This document shows, one piece after another, positions 47,034-55,958 of a stretch of 64,000 bases of DNA (position 1 is its first letter; each line of letters opens with the position of its first letter). Both the position numbers and the translations under genes were made by a program. The notes under the pieces are model-generated. The model worked only from the letters and a program-made list of their open reading frames with translations, was not told the origin of the DNA and did no database searches. Origin of the DNA: a virus; IMG/VR virus record IMGVR_UViG_3300009506_000016, positions 1 through 64,000 of that record. One strand, given 5' to 3'.

Positions 47034-47616
47034 AGTCGCTTACTCCATTATGGTCAGGGTCGCAGAGCATATTTTCAATGCCATTGACTCCATAAGGATC
47101 AGCCATATTGACAGGAACAATGAAGAATGTATCCAGCCGGGTTGCTTGAGCAAGCGCTTTTGTGATCCCGGCCTTTACAGCGGTATTAATCGCCGCCGCG
47201 TCAACAATGGCCCATCCTTTGTTTTGTAAAAATGACACAAGATTGCTTACATCTTCGATGTCACCAAGCTGGCCGCGATTGAAACCGGCCATTGCTTTCA
47301 ATTCCTCTATAGAAGTTATGGTTGTGAGTTTAGCGGAGTCCCAAGCATAGAACGCAACCCCTCTTTCTCCAATAGGCCACACAATCAAAAACTTCGTGCT
47401 TGATGGATCTACAATAATTGTGGACCACCATGCACCGCCCAAAGCACTCCGAACAAGGGCCATAGTCTGAAACTTTCCAATCTGGATCAATTCACCAGGA
47501 GATACAGCGTACTCAAGACCTGGAGCTTGCATTGCCGCAGAGCAACCGTATGATAAAATGACGGATAGCAACAGAGCAACACGAAACACATGTGACATTA
47601 CTTTATTCAATTTCAT
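47014..47616 (-). CDS. putative lipoprotein
   Basis: Signal peptide ending LSYGC (lipobox-like). Confidence 0.6.
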   Translation of the reverse strand: MKLNKVMSHVFRVALLLSVILSYGCSAAMQAPGLEYAVSPGELIQIGKFQTMALVRSALGGAWWSTIIVDPSSTKFLIVWPIGERGVAFYAWDSAKLTTITSIEELKAMAGFNRGQLGDIEDVSNLVSFLQNKGWAIVDAAAINTAVKAGITKALAQATRLDTFFIVPVNMADPYGVNGIENMLCDPDHNGVSDCATKDT

Positions 47617-47706
47617 TTCTCTATCCTTTCGTATCATGGTTTTGCTCTGCCCGGATTGCTCCGGGCAGTTGCATTAGAAGAAAGCGCAATATGATTAAGC
47701 TGAATT

Positions 47707-48243
47707 TTAGATCAGGCCAACCAGTTGCGTAAGGCTCGGCTTGACGACTGAGGAAAACGGCGATCCCTCAACACCATTTGACTTTGCGGCGTTTTCAGCA
47801 GGTCCAGAAACAAGATTACTAATCTTGTCATCCATGAATTTGTGGTATGGATCAGTGTCTTGACCTGACAACATGAAGATGAACGAGAACCTGTAATCAT
47901 GGTATACCTGTTTTGGCACAAGACCTTTATTGGCCGGATGCGCACAATAGGCCATAATAGCTCGCTTGAGGGCCACCACTCTGCCAGTATAATCATCTTT
48001 TTCTTTCAATTCTCCTGGATGAAGAATGGCAATTCCAGTAAACGGAACACCGGTGTAAGCATTGCGAACAACGCATAACACAGCACGCCGAGTACCAACT
48101 ACACGCTTCACGTTATGAATGCTTCTGAGATATTCGGGCAAAAAGTCGCCCAAATAATCAAACTTGATCTCAGTGAACGTCACAGCGATATGGCGCTTTA
48201 GATGACCCTCTCCGGTACGGAAAGTAACCACGTCACCAAACAT
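47707..48243 (-). CDS. hypothetical protein
   Basis: Start MFGDVV with AAGGA SD; own promoter. Confidence 0.65.
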   Translation of the reverse strand: MFGDVVTFRTGEGHLKRHIAVTFTEIKFDYLGDFLPEYLRSIHNVKRVVGTRRAVLCVVRNAYTGVPFTGIAILHPGELKEKDDYTGRVVALKRAIMAYCAHPANKGLVPKQVYHDYRFSFIFMLSGQDTDPYHKFMDDKISNLVSGPAENAAKSNGVEGSPFSSVVKPSLTQLVGLI

Positions 48244-48292
48244 AAGATTATCCTTTCGTCTAATATGAATAGAATTGTAACACGTACATATT

Positions 48293-48321
48293 ATTTTATA
48301 TGAATAACATGCGCGTGTCAA
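48293..48321 (-). promoter_or_regulatory. sigma70 promoter
   Basis: TTGACA-17-TAAAAT. Confidence 0.7.
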
Positions 48322-48334
48322 TACCTAAGTTTTC

Positions 48335-49705
48335 TCAGGATGCTTCTTCAACGTCAACTGCGTTTGGATCTTCCTTGACAATACCCTCAAGAACCTGGAA
48401 CGCATAGTTCTTCGCTTTGTAAGCACGAATTCCACTCGTGTTTTCTACGCGAATCACCACACCTTCCATCAAGTGACGTTTATCAAGAGTTGAACATCTA
48501 TTGTCCAGAAACTTTTCGAGAATAACATTCAGAACACTGCTAACGTATGATTGTTCTTCATTTACATGAATATAAATCATTCTTAGAACAGGAACATGTT
48601 TCAGAAATAGCTCAGAGCATCGTTTCATAGTTTGCAACCACGATAACTCTGTCTCAATTCCATCCTCGTTTTGCACAGTGATGCGATACACGTAAAAGTC
48701 AAATGCTGGATTCATGCCACCATTATCATTCACGGTATTGCATCCGTATGAGTAAACCATTGGCCTACTGCCAATAACATCAAAAGGAAACTTAACAAAC
48801 TTGTCACGTATTTCCTTTTGTAAATCTTTATCCTTGATTTTATCAATAGATTGAGAATTCATAATCGGAGATCCGAACGTATCGAACCCGACTATCTCGT
48901 AGTATATGGTTTCCCCTTTGCGAAGTCTCCCGATCATTGACTTGTGAATTTGCCAGCGATAATGTTCCCTTCCAAGTCCAGTGATATCTTCACGGTTGTT
49001 GCATATCGTGTTTCGAGTACCGGTCACATATTCATACTTTTCTGTGACCACCGGTGCAATAACCTCACGCTTCAATACACGGTTTACCAAACTCGCAATC
49101 ATTCCAAAGCGTTCATGCTGTGCTTTGACGAATCCTGTTCGTCCGCTTGTTCCATGAAGTTTCTCTGTAATGATGAAGAAAGATCCTGGTGGGATCGTGT
49201 CCATATAATACCGGATCTGCTCGGTATCGTAGTGCTTGTTGAGCATGTAATGATCCCTAACCTTTACGGGTTTGTCGGATCTCGATTGGGCTTTGCGGGT
49301 GGCCTCTGTCACATATTTTGTACATATTGGATTTCCGTTTAGCTCGTTGAACGTAAGTCCTTGTACAAGTTCTTTTGTACTACCGGTCCATTCGAACGCT
49401 GATATCTTAACGGCAAACCCTTCTGACTTCACGCCCCTGAACGGCTGGACCCTAACTCTCCTGGTATCCTCAAAGAAACCAGTAACGGTTGTGTCTGCAT
49501 TCTTGGTAGCATCCCTATAAAGATTGTTGTAGTGGCAAAACTCATGGGATAGCTGACCATCAGGCGGAAAGATAACAACAAGATCTCCGATATGGTAATC
49601 CTTACTAACAATGAAGTTTGCACCGTTGTATGGCAGAATCATAAGTCGATCAGCATTTGGGTGATCGAGCAATTGATGAACGGATATGACGTGTGCGTTA
49701 TACAT
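48335..49705 (-). CDS. ATP-dependent RNA ligase (Rnl2-like / DRB0094 family) with N-terminal OB-like domain
   Basis: HPNADRL, R.V....FRGVKSEG; nucleotidyltransferase motifs TEKLHGTS (I), YYEIVG (III), FYVYRI (IIIa), EGVVIR (IV), KAKN (V). Confidence 0.88.
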   Translation of the reverse strand: MYNAHVISVHQLLDHPNADRLMILPYNGANFIVSKDYHIGDLVVIFPPDGQLSHEFCHYNNLYRDATKNADTTVTGFFEDTRRVRVQPFRGVKSEGFAVKISAFEWTGSTKELVQGLTFNELNGNPICTKYVTEATRKAQSRSDKPVKVRDHYMLNKHYDTEQIRYYMDTIPPGSFFIITEKLHGTSGRTGFVKAQHERFGMIASLVNRVLKREVIAPVVTEKYEYVTGTRNTICNNREDITGLGREHYRWQIHKSMIGRLRKGETIYYEIVGFDTFGSPIMNSQSIDKIKDKDLQKEIRDKFVKFPFDVIGSRPMVYSYGCNTVNDNGGMNPAFDFYVYRITVQNEDGIETELSWLQTMKRCSELFLKHVPVLRMIYIHVNEEQSYVSSVLNVILEKFLDNRCSTLDKRHLMEGVVIRVENTSGIRAYKAKNYAFQVLEGIVKEDPNAVDVEEAS

Positions 49706-50135
49706 CCTCGTTATCTCCTTTTTCTCCAACAGTACCAAGATCAACGGTTTGTCCTGGGGGTGCATACTCAACTCCGTAGTCCTCAAGAAGTTGTTGAGCA
49801 TCATGGAATTCATTTAGAGTAGTTGTAAACGCAACTTTGAATGCCACCATCATTTCCTCAAGGCTCGTTTGTTGATGGACGCATTGGCTTGCGAGATACA
49901 TGATCAATGGTCCGCCGCGTGCTAGTAGATCGGCCCACACCATCTCTCGCTCTACAGTGTCATCGAATACGAATTCGAGAAGTATTGTTTGGTCAAGAAA
50001 TTCAACCGACCAAACTCGCTGAGGTTCCCCGTTAGAATCAATCCTGTCACTTCGGGTGACAATTCCTTCGCCCTCAGTGACAGGAAGATTACTAACTATT
50101 CTCTCAGCTAATTTTAAACTAGCTGGATCAATCAT
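49698..50135 (-). CDS. hypothetical protein
   Basis: 145 aa, acidic. Confidence 0.65.
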   Translation of the reverse strand: MIDPASLKLAERIVSNLPVTEGEGIVTRSDRIDSNGEPQRVWSVEFLDQTILLEFVFDDTVEREMVWADLLARGGPLIMYLASQCVHQQTSLEEMMVAFKVAFTTTLNEFHDAQQLLEDYGVEYAPPGQTVDLGTVGEKGDNEDV

Positions 50136-50138
50136 TTT

Positions 50139-51182
50139 TTACCTTGTTTTCAGAATACGATTCACGTCCTTGACACTAATTTCTAGTGCCTTGGCGATCA
50201 GTGGATTTGACTTGCCTTCATCTTTGAGTTCAAAGACTTTTGCGATGATACCGTTCTCGTCCTTTTCGGTGCTGTTTCCGTTACTTTCTTCCTCATCACT
50301 GTTGAGCGGTGGGATATCGTGTAAACGCATGATCATCTTTTGATCTTCTGTAAGCGTTCCGTCAAGAATTGATAACTCGTACTCATCAGGCATTTCATCA
50401 GAAGTAAGTGGCCGATTGCCAACCGGATCTTCCCAATAGCGTCTGATCTCTAACCAAGTGAAAGGTTTCATCTTGCGCGGCAAAACTGATACGATTTGGA
50501 TACCATGATCGGTAACTTTCTGCCGTGAAATTCGCTTGAGGATCAGGCCAATAGGTTCTGGACCGTCCGGGTTATGGCGGAGATAGGCACGCAACAAAGT
50601 TTTTTGCGCCAACGGTAGCTTGCAATCCGGGATCATTTTACCAGTACGTCTACCAGCGATGTTCTCTGGTTTGAGGTGGGTTGTGAGAATGATCAACTTA
50701 GCGGCCTTTTGCAACCGGTTTAGGATAGAGGCTTCATAATTAAATGATTCTTTCCATTCCTCAGCACCCTTGATATCACCTTTCGGTGACCACCTTGAGC
50801 GAAACTGAGTTGGGTTCATATTGACATACGGATGGAAAGTATTCTCGAACCGTGTCCACGTATCCCAAATAAGCACGTCAAACTTTGATCCACGTTCTTC
50901 TGACGCCACGATAAGCTCATCAATGATTTCAAGACATTTCTTATGGAAAGAAATTTCTTTGAGGCCCTCTCCTTCGGAGAATAAGTTTCGGTAGTACCCT
51001 AACTTGTGGCCCTGTTCGTTGATTTGTTCTACGGTCATCACACCTTTGATATCATCATCAATAAAGGCTGTGTTTTCAGGCATTGCCCCACTGCTGAAAG
51101 CAAACATGGTCTTTCCAGCATCGGGCTCGCCGGTCACATGGATTATTCCATGAAACAGAACAGGATTAAATACATCACTCAT
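50139..51182 (-). CDS. RecA-fold AAA ATPase (Sak4/AAA_24-like) with C-terminal HTH
   Basis: GEPDAGKT, VLIWDT, IILTTH; EGKSNPLIAKALEIS. Confidence 0.7.
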   Translation of the reverse strand: MSDVFNPVLFHGIIHVTGEPDAGKTMFAFSSGAMPENTAFIDDDIKGVMTVEQINEQGHKLGYYRNLFSEGEGLKEISFHKKCLEIIDELIVASEERGSKFDVLIWDTWTRFENTFHPYVNMNPTQFRSRWSPKGDIKGAEEWKESFNYEASILNRLQKAAKLIILTTHLKPENIAGRRTGKMIPDCKLPLAQKTLLRAYLRHNPDGPEPIGLILKRISRQKVTDHGIQIVSVLPRKMKPFTWLEIRRYWEDPVGNRPLTSDEMPDEYELSILDGTLTEDQKMIMRLHDIPPLNSDEEESNGNSTEKDENGIIAKVFELKDEGKSNPLIAKALEISVKDVNRILKTR

Positions 51183-51189
51183 ACCAATA

Positions 51190-51909
51190 TCATTCCTCTC
51201 TAATTCCAATATCGAGATTGAGGCCATCAGGCAACCCCAACCACTTCCGCGCTTCGGTTCTAACAAAGTGCCAGTTTTTATCCTTTGTTTTTTGAAGTTC
51301 TTCCCAATCTGTTAGAAACCAGAGAGCAGTTAACAGGTCATCACCAAGACCACGATCCTTGATCATCTGGCGAATCACTTTTGCGCCTTTGATACCGACA
51401 CCAGGAAATGTTGATAGTGTGAGTGTCCAATTCTTCTCAACCGTAAGTAGTGTGCGCGGGACAGTCGATGGAACAAGTATATCCACCGGTGTTTTCTTTG
51501 CGCAAATCTCCTTATCACGTTTTGAGAAATACAGTGATGACGGATTGCCATAGCTTGATAGACTTGTTCCGCCATGATCTACCCACGCATCTATCTTAAT
51601 AACCATATCCTCATAGGATCTGAGTTTATGATCATCAAGTACAATCAATACAGATTGCCAGGGATTAGATCCAAATTCTTGCATCTTGTGAAGATTGAAT
51701 AACAACACATCGACTGTTCCTTCGCTTACATCAGGAGCATGAATAACGCGGTACAAGATAGCGCCAGCATCTACATGCTTTTTGATCATTGCGTCAGTCA
51801 TCGGCGGGAATCCTTTTGGAGAGATAAGCACGTCAGCGCCACACCGCTTTTTTAATTCGGGTGACTCCTTACCGTCTGGAATGTTATCTTCCAGATCGTA
51901 GAATATCAT
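51190..51909 (-). CDS. ERCC4-like nuclease-fold protein with HhH motif (possibly degenerate)
   Basis: GADVLI; LSTFPGVGIKGAKVI. Confidence 0.45.
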   Translation of the reverse strand: MIFYDLEDNIPDGKESPELKKRCGADVLISPKGFPPMTDAMIKKHVDAGAILYRVIHAPDVSEGTVDVLLFNLHKMQEFGSNPWQSVLIVLDDHKLRSYEDMVIKIDAWVDHGGTSLSSYGNPSSLYFSKRDKEICAKKTPVDILVPSTVPRTLLTVEKNWTLTLSTFPGVGIKGAKVIRQMIKDRGLGDDLLTALWFLTDWEELQKTKDKNWHFVRTEARKWLGLPDGLNLDIGIREE

Positions 51910-51973
51910 TAGGATTCTCCTTGAAGGGGAGACTATAACGGCCTCCCCTTCTATTTATATATAGGGTTGAACG

Positions 51974-52780
51974 TTACGCGGTCTTTTCAATTTGTTTGAT
52001 AGTGGAAACGGGAAGTCCATAATCGGATGCAATCTTGGTGGATTTGGTTCCACGACCCAATTCTGCACGAATCTCTTTAATGGTACTGGCCCAAGTTTCA
52101 TCATCATAGCCTTCGGGCATGGGGATAGAAACTTCAACAGATTCAGCATCATCACTCTTTTCTTCAATGCCACAAAATTCAAGCGCGGCTTCCTTTGTGT
52201 CAAACAATTGCACAGGATACGCCACAAGCGGATACACGGTTTCCATTTGCGGATCTCCGTTGTCATCGAATAGAGTGTTTCCATCTGCATCGCGTTTTTC
52301 TTGCGTGCGTGGCTTACCGCCCTTATCTTCATCCCAGGTAACAGCGGACCAATATTTACCAAGTTTATTGATTTCCAATTCGCGCAACTTAGGCGCTATG
52401 ATCTTGGTATACATATCAGACGTTGGGAATAAGAAGAACCACCGGTCATTTTCCCATGAAACCTCACGGTTAAGTACCGTATCTTTGTACAAGCGGATCA
52501 TGAAAACGTTATAGGGGTTCTTTTCCAAGCCGTTAGCCACAACAAACTGATTAGCCTTAGCGCGTGCGGCCTTGATGCTTTCTTTGTTACCAATCGCATA
52601 GGGGAAGTAGGTTTCTTCCATTTCGAACCCATCGGCTTTCGTGGTAAACACTTTCCAAACGAATGCAATCTCAATCTGTAATACAGTACCACCGGAGCGC
52701 CCTTCCTTCTCGGCCTGTTCCATCTGTTCCCAAAAGTCCATAGTGGGTTCTTGGGAGTTATCCAATAAATCTTGACTCAT
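51974..52780 (-). CDS. putative ssDNA-binding/recombination protein with C-terminal HTH
   Basis: First gene of the recombination operon; acidic; ends in HTH-like KSTKIASDYGLPVSTIK. Confidence 0.45.
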   Translation of the reverse strand: MSQDLLDNSQEPTMDFWEQMEQAEKEGRSGGTVLQIEIAFVWKVFTTKADGFEMEETYFPYAIGNKESIKAARAKANQFVVANGLEKNPYNVFMIRLYKDTVLNREVSWENDRWFFLFPTSDMYTKIIAPKLRELEINKLGKYWSAVTWDEDKGGKPRTQEKRDADGNTLFDDNGDPQMETVYPLVAYPVQLFDTKEAALEFCGIEEKSDDAESVEVSIPMPEGYDDETWASTIKEIRAELGRGTKSTKIASDYGLPVSTIKQIEKTA

Positions 52781-52828
52781 GTAAATCTCCTAAACAAACA
52801 GTAATGTGGATAAAAATTGACATATATA

Positions 52829-52857
52829 ATTATATGCCAATTCCTAAGCTATGTCAA
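52829..52857 (-). promoter_or_regulatory. perfect consensus sigma70 promoter
   Basis: TTGACA-17-TATAAT. Confidence 0.85.
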
Positions 52858-52925
52858 TCGCCAATTATCTTGTACGAGATTAAAGCAAAAGAGGGAGAAA
52901 CGCATAAGCATCTCTCCCTCTTTGG

Positions 52926-53333
52926 TTAATCATTCGTTTGAGTTGGTGGATTTTCTTCACCATCGATATGATCGCTATACAAGACGCACAGTAGTATGTC
53001 TTGTGGATCAAAGTATTCGGGCCATTTTAGTCTATCTGCAATTACAGCATTCTCATCAGGAATGACACCGGCTATTGAGATATCGTTTCCTTCTATGTTT
53101 AGGGCAATGAGAGGAAATAGTGGTGTGTTCTCATTTGCTCCTTTTTGTTTCCGTACTTCATCGGCAATAGCTTTGATGCTAACTGCAATTGGAGCGCCAC
53201 AGGATATTCTAACTGACCCCTTAAACTCTCTGCGCCATACACAACTTTCGCAGTTTGATTGATCAAAACCGTATTCGAGATATTGCTTGACGAGTTCAGA
53301 GTTCTTTGGTGCTGTTCCGTTATTTCCTGACAT
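52926..53333 (-). CDS. hypothetical Cys-containing protein
   Basis: CESC..ISC...WP..FDP..I..C. Confidence 0.65.
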   Translation of the reverse strand: MSGNNGTAPKNSELVKQYLEYGFDQSNCESCVWRREFKGSVRISCGAPIAVSIKAIADEVRKQKGANENTPLFPLIALNIEGNDISIAGVIPDENAVIADRLKWPEYFDPQDILLCVLYSDHIDGEENPPTQTND

Positions 53334-53607
53334 TGTTTTTCCTTATGTATTCCATTGTGCGCCTGTGTTTTATAGTCCTTATAGCAGAACCAACAAAAGC
53401 GGCACTAAAGCTACCAACAACGGCGAATATATAAATGAACACAGGAAACAATACGGCGATGATTGTAGGAAGTAGGACAAATCCCCACGACTTCCAATCC
53501 ATAAACTCAGTACCGAATATCTTTGCAGATAAGAAGATGGCCTGAACAACGAGCCACACAACAAAAACCTGACCCATGCAAGATTGTGATTTTTGGTTGT
53601 TACCCAT
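53320..53607 (-). CDS. membrane protein
   Basis: Hydrophobic; W.SW..VLLP motif. Confidence 0.65.
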   Translation of the reverse strand: MGNNQKSQSCMGQVFVVWLVVQAIFLSAKIFGTEFMDWKSWGFVLLPTIIAVLFPVFIYIFAVVGSFSAAFVGSAIRTIKHRRTMEYIRKNNVRK

Positions 53608-53821
53608 CTGGTTTTATCTCCATGCTTAGTAGGCTTTCTTTTCCAGCCTCATCAGACACAACTCCGTAGAGCATGATAATCGGATCATCGTGGTATCTGG
53701 TAATGTTAAGATCGAGATCTTGATTAAGTTGAATCCACTCATTGTGCCCAACTTTAAAATCATCAAGATCAATTGTTTCAAGCGTAGATTTTGCAAGTTG
53801 AATTGCCTCTTGTGTTGTCAT
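53600..53821 (-). CDS. hypothetical protein
   Basis: AAGGAG SD. Confidence 0.7.
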   Translation of the reverse strand: MTTQEAIQLAKSTLETIDLDDFKVGHNEWIQLNQDLDLNITRYHDDPIIMLYGVVSDEAGKESLLSMEIKPDG

Positions 53822-53839
53822 GTTTCTCCTTAAAAAAAG

Positions 53840-54080
53840 AGATCAAGTTCTACGGTTGCTTAAGCCTATGAACTTCCTCATGAGCGTTACCTAGGGATAC
53901 TCAAGATTGAAACAGTCTCTGACGGTGGCAAGAACGCATACTTATGAAATCGACCACCACCCTGTAAAGATGGGTAATCAGAATCTTTGGTAGATATAGA
54001 TCAGGGTGGTTTGAGTAAAACATATACGTTCTCTATCCTGTTTCCGCCGGTCAACAAAGAAAATATAGGGGTTCATAAAA
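53840..54080. ncRNA. candidate structured non-coding RNA or leader
   Basis: 290-bp gap without a convincing ORF, containing nested long-range complementarities (see findings). Confidence 0.4.
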
Positions 54081-54111
54081 CGCCCGTTCTCGTTCGAGCG
54101 TAATATGCAAG

Positions 54112-54339
54112 TTAGGGTTTGACGAAGCGAATTCGGTTATCGTTCATAGCCATTCCGAGACAGGCCAGCAACTCAAGGGTTGCGTCAAGGCCAAAGCGTA
54201 TATTCGGATGCTTTGCCTTGATGTTATCTCGTAACTGTCCGGCGATGCGCATTATGTTTTCTTGTTCTTCTTCGCTTAGGTCGCCGAACGCTTTGCGAAT
54301 AACCTCAGTCATTTCGTCAGAGGACAATGTGTTTACCAT
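54112..54339 (-). CDS. hypothetical protein, probably from a leaderless mRNA
   Basis: ATG 8 nt after the -10 box; no SD. Confidence 0.65.
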   Translation of the reverse strand: MVNTLSSDEMTEVIRKAFGDLSEEEQENIMRIAGQLRDNIKAKHPNIRFGLDATLELLACLGMAMNDNRIRFVKP

Positions 54340-54347
54340 GTTGATTC

Positions 54348-54375
54348 ATTATAGCATGATAAACACATTTGTCAA
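54348..54375 (-). promoter_or_regulatory. sigma70 promoter
   Basis: TTGACA-16-TATAAT with TGn extension. Confidence 0.75.
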
Positions 54376-54439
54376 CAATGAGTTTTCTTATTTATACACT
54401 TTCGGTTTGTTACTTATTGAGTTGATCATTTCAGTCTCT

Positions 54440-55378
54440 TTATTCAGATTGTAGCTCTAGTTTGTTCACAAACTCTTTTGCCAGTTTGCGCACTTTTAAA
54501 AAGTCGCGTGACCTACGCCATTCATAAGCAAGATCATCGCAACCAACACACGAGTCGCTTTTAGATCTTACATTGAAGAAAAACCACTTGTTAAGCAGTA
54601 ATAATACAAGTGGATTATCGTTGATAGATCCAAACGGAAGATTGCTTCCAAAACAACATCCATCCGATGACTTTCCATTTGGAAGAATTGAAATAGTGTT
54701 CCGATAATAGCAAGCATTTCGAAGTCCAGCATCTCTAACACCGATTCCGTTCTTAAAAGCGCGGCCAACGTTATTTGTTCCTCTATCTTCCCAACTTTTC
54801 TCTACATAAAAACGATTTTCTTTCACAGCATCTCTAAGGTTGTATGGTTCCTCATCATACTCGCTGTATATTCCTGCATCGTAGAGGCCAAATCCTTCTT
54901 CTCCGAAGTAATCATCAAACATAAATTCAACTTTGTTCTTTCTGAATTCAGAATGATAATTATCGTTTGATACTCTTATTGACAAAGCCTCATCACCAAA
55001 GTGGTAGCCAATAATGTCAAGAAACTTTCGCAACGCTTTGGGTTTTTCAAGCCACCATCCATTTGTTGTCATCTCTATTTTATATTCATCAGAGTATCCC
55101 ATTATAAAATCAAATGCACGCTCAAATTTATACAATGGCAATGTTGGCTCGCCGCCAATCAGGTTTATTTCCGGCCTGAGATTATATAATTCAAGTATCC
55201 TACACCATCCAATCACCTTTCGCATGATCTCCATGCTCATATACTTACCGGATTTGTGCGGACCACAAAAATACATACAGTGATCACACTGGAAATTACA
55301 TTTTTCTGTAAGTAACAGAGATAAAGTAACTTCATTATCTATAGCTTCTTCGTAAATAGCACTAAATGTTGTACTCAT
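54440..55378 (-). CDS. radical SAM protein with SPASM/twitch-like C-terminal cysteines
   Basis: CNFQCDHC, GGEP, MTTNG, C....I.PNG....CC, C..C. Confidence 0.88.
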   Translation of the reverse strand: MSTTFSAIYEEAIDNEVTLSLLLTEKCNFQCDHCMYFCGPHKSGKYMSMEIMRKVIGWCRILELYNLRPEINLIGGEPTLPLYKFERAFDFIMGYSDEYKIEMTTNGWWLEKPKALRKFLDIIGYHFGDEALSIRVSNDNYHSEFRKNKVEFMFDDYFGEEGFGLYDAGIYSEYDEEPYNLRDAVKENRFYVEKSWEDRGTNNVGRAFKNGIGVRDAGLRNACYYRNTISILPNGKSSDGCCFGSNLPFGSINDNPLVLLLLNKWFFFNVRSKSDSCVGCDDLAYEWRRSRDFLKVRKLAKEFVNKLELQSE

Positions 55379-55396
55379 GATATGCCTCCTTATTAA

Positions 55397-55434
55397 AATG
55401 AAAAACGGCACATGAAAGTGTGCCGTTTTTCATT
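55397..55434. terminator. terminator-like hairpin
   Basis: AATGAAAAACGGCACAT-GAAA-GTGTGCCGTTTTTCATT. Confidence 0.7.
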
Positions 55435-55437
55435 ATG

Positions 55438-55767
55438 CTATCCTAAAGCCAATAGTTTTTTATGAGTATCAGGGTTGTTTTCATCTTCTTCGAAGTCGAT
55501 TACTGACCTGAATATCATTTTTCCGAGCGTAGATACGGAGAAAAGGCTTTCTTCGGTTGTGTAAACCCAAAGTTTTGGACTTACAATAACAAGTTTTTCG
55601 GGTTTGCAATGTCTTAGAGCGGTTTCTTTTGCATCTTTTAGACTGATTGCTATAACCGTTATATGTCGATACTGGTTTACAATAAATGTTCCGTTATGAT
55701 ATACAGATGTCTTTATGGAAAACTTGTAACCAATGTAAGGATCAATGTAATTAATGTAATTGTCCAT
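55438..55767 (-). CDS. hypothetical protein
   Basis: Start MDNYINY with GAGG SD. Confidence 0.6.
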   Translation of the reverse strand: MDNYINYIDPYIGYKFSIKTSVYHNGTFIVNQYRHITVIAISLKDAKETALRHCKPEKLVIVSPKLWVYTTEESLFSVSTLGKMIFRSVIDFEEDENNPDTHKKLLALG

Positions 55768-55768
55768 A

Positions 55769-55948
55769 TCAGTCCTCATCGGCCCACAAGATAAGCCACC
55801 AACAAAGCTGTTGGCTCGCCATTCCAATAAGCACATTAACTATTCGTGGAACGCTTGGAAAGAAATACAGTCTTAAGCACACAATCACGATAGAAAGTGG
55901 CAAAGACAAAAACATAGAGATTACAAATTGCTTAATCCACTTCTTCAC
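55769..55948 (-). CDS. small membrane protein
   Basis: GTG start after AAGGAG. Confidence 0.55.
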   Translation of the reverse strand: MKKWIKQFVISMFLSLPLSIVIVCLRLYFFPSVPRIVNVLIGMASQQLCWWLILWADED

Positions 55949-55958
55949 AGTATTCTCC

